Part shown: in pieces, positions 63,421 through 64,000 of the stretch
Layout: each line of letters starts with the position of its first letter
Numbering within the stretch: the first letter of the stretch is position 1
NCBI RefSeq assembly: GCF_964355755.1
Contig: NC_092679.1
Location: forward strand, 10,089,432 to 10,153,431
Length of the DNA: 64,000 nucleotides
Direction: 5' to 3'
Origin: Antedon mediterranea
Lineage: Eukaryota; Animalia; Echinodermata
Program-made: the position numbers and the translations under genes
Notes under the pieces: model-generated
Databases searched by the model: none
Seen by the model: only the letters and a program-made list of their open reading frames with translations
What the model was told of the DNA's origin: nothing

Positions 63421-64000
63421 AGGCCGTCAGTAATAACTGAGAAATAAGCAAATAGCTCTTCATCAGGTTGTAGTTGTCTGATTTAGTTTGTAATTTTTGA
63501 TAAAGCACCTGATGGGCAAACTACAAAAAAAATTTTATTGAGCGACGATGAAAACTTTTGTTACAGCGGCCAAAGATGTCATGTTTTTAGACAAAATTGA
63601 GTGTCTCATTGCAAAAAATCATTTTTATGAAATGCATTGTTGTTGTTTGTATGTATATATATTTATATGAATTATGTACATTTAAATTGGTTGATCTACC
63701 CCCAAACGTATAAGGTATAAACAATGAGTGTGAAATGTATACATGTTTAACTTTTTTGTTGTTTTCATTATTGTAATTCTGTCCGTCCAAAATGTCCACT
63801 CCGACACGTTGGCTTATATCCAGAGCAAATAAGTAAGCAAGTCTACTGTTTTTCATCTATATACAACACTAATAAGATTAACCATACGTTAAAACTTAAA
63901 TAATATATTTAACTGACAATTTGGCTGAATGCCGGGGAATCGAAATCTGTCCGTCCAAAAAAATGTCCACTCCGACACCTCATAAACTACCATTAATTTT

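Noticed and set aside
63779-63980. Short direct repeat CTGTCCGTCCAAAA..TGTCCACTCCGACAC (two copies)
   Set aside because: The repeat is real but lies at the window edge and cannot be assigned to any element.

Overview
This is AT-rich eukaryotic DNA with spliceosomal GT-AG introns. A marine invertebrate is my inference from the element families present. The window is almost entirely nested transposable elements and their decayed genes; I found no intact host gene, rRNA, bona fide tRNA or CRISPR array. In order: the tail of a DIRS/Ngaro/Crypton-type tyrosine recombinase; a 4.9 kb 88-bp satellite with higher-order structure; and a spliced HECT E3-ligase-like gene (6539-16650, +) that can be rebuilt in frame once a Penelope-like retroelement, a Ginger-like element carrying an OTU deubiquitinase remnant and a MITE are removed. 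Facing it is a spliced IS3-like (IS3EU-type) DDE transposase (24057-27392, -) split by a hAT element. Further on are a truncated EnSpm/CACTA-type element with a 3-exon DUF4806-like gene, an Academ-type element with about 2 kb of inverted arm sequence per side, a full-length BEL/Pao LTR retrotransposon with a SINE in pol, many MITEs with clear TIRs/TSDs, and Helentron-type (HINE) elements including a stacked array. The best candidates for something new are a possible HECT-ligase-carrying IS3EU-type transposon, a window-wide excess of TAGGCCTA that looks like a transposon excision footprint, and the fold-back Academ derivative. Family names come from manual motif and terminus recognition; no database searches were run.
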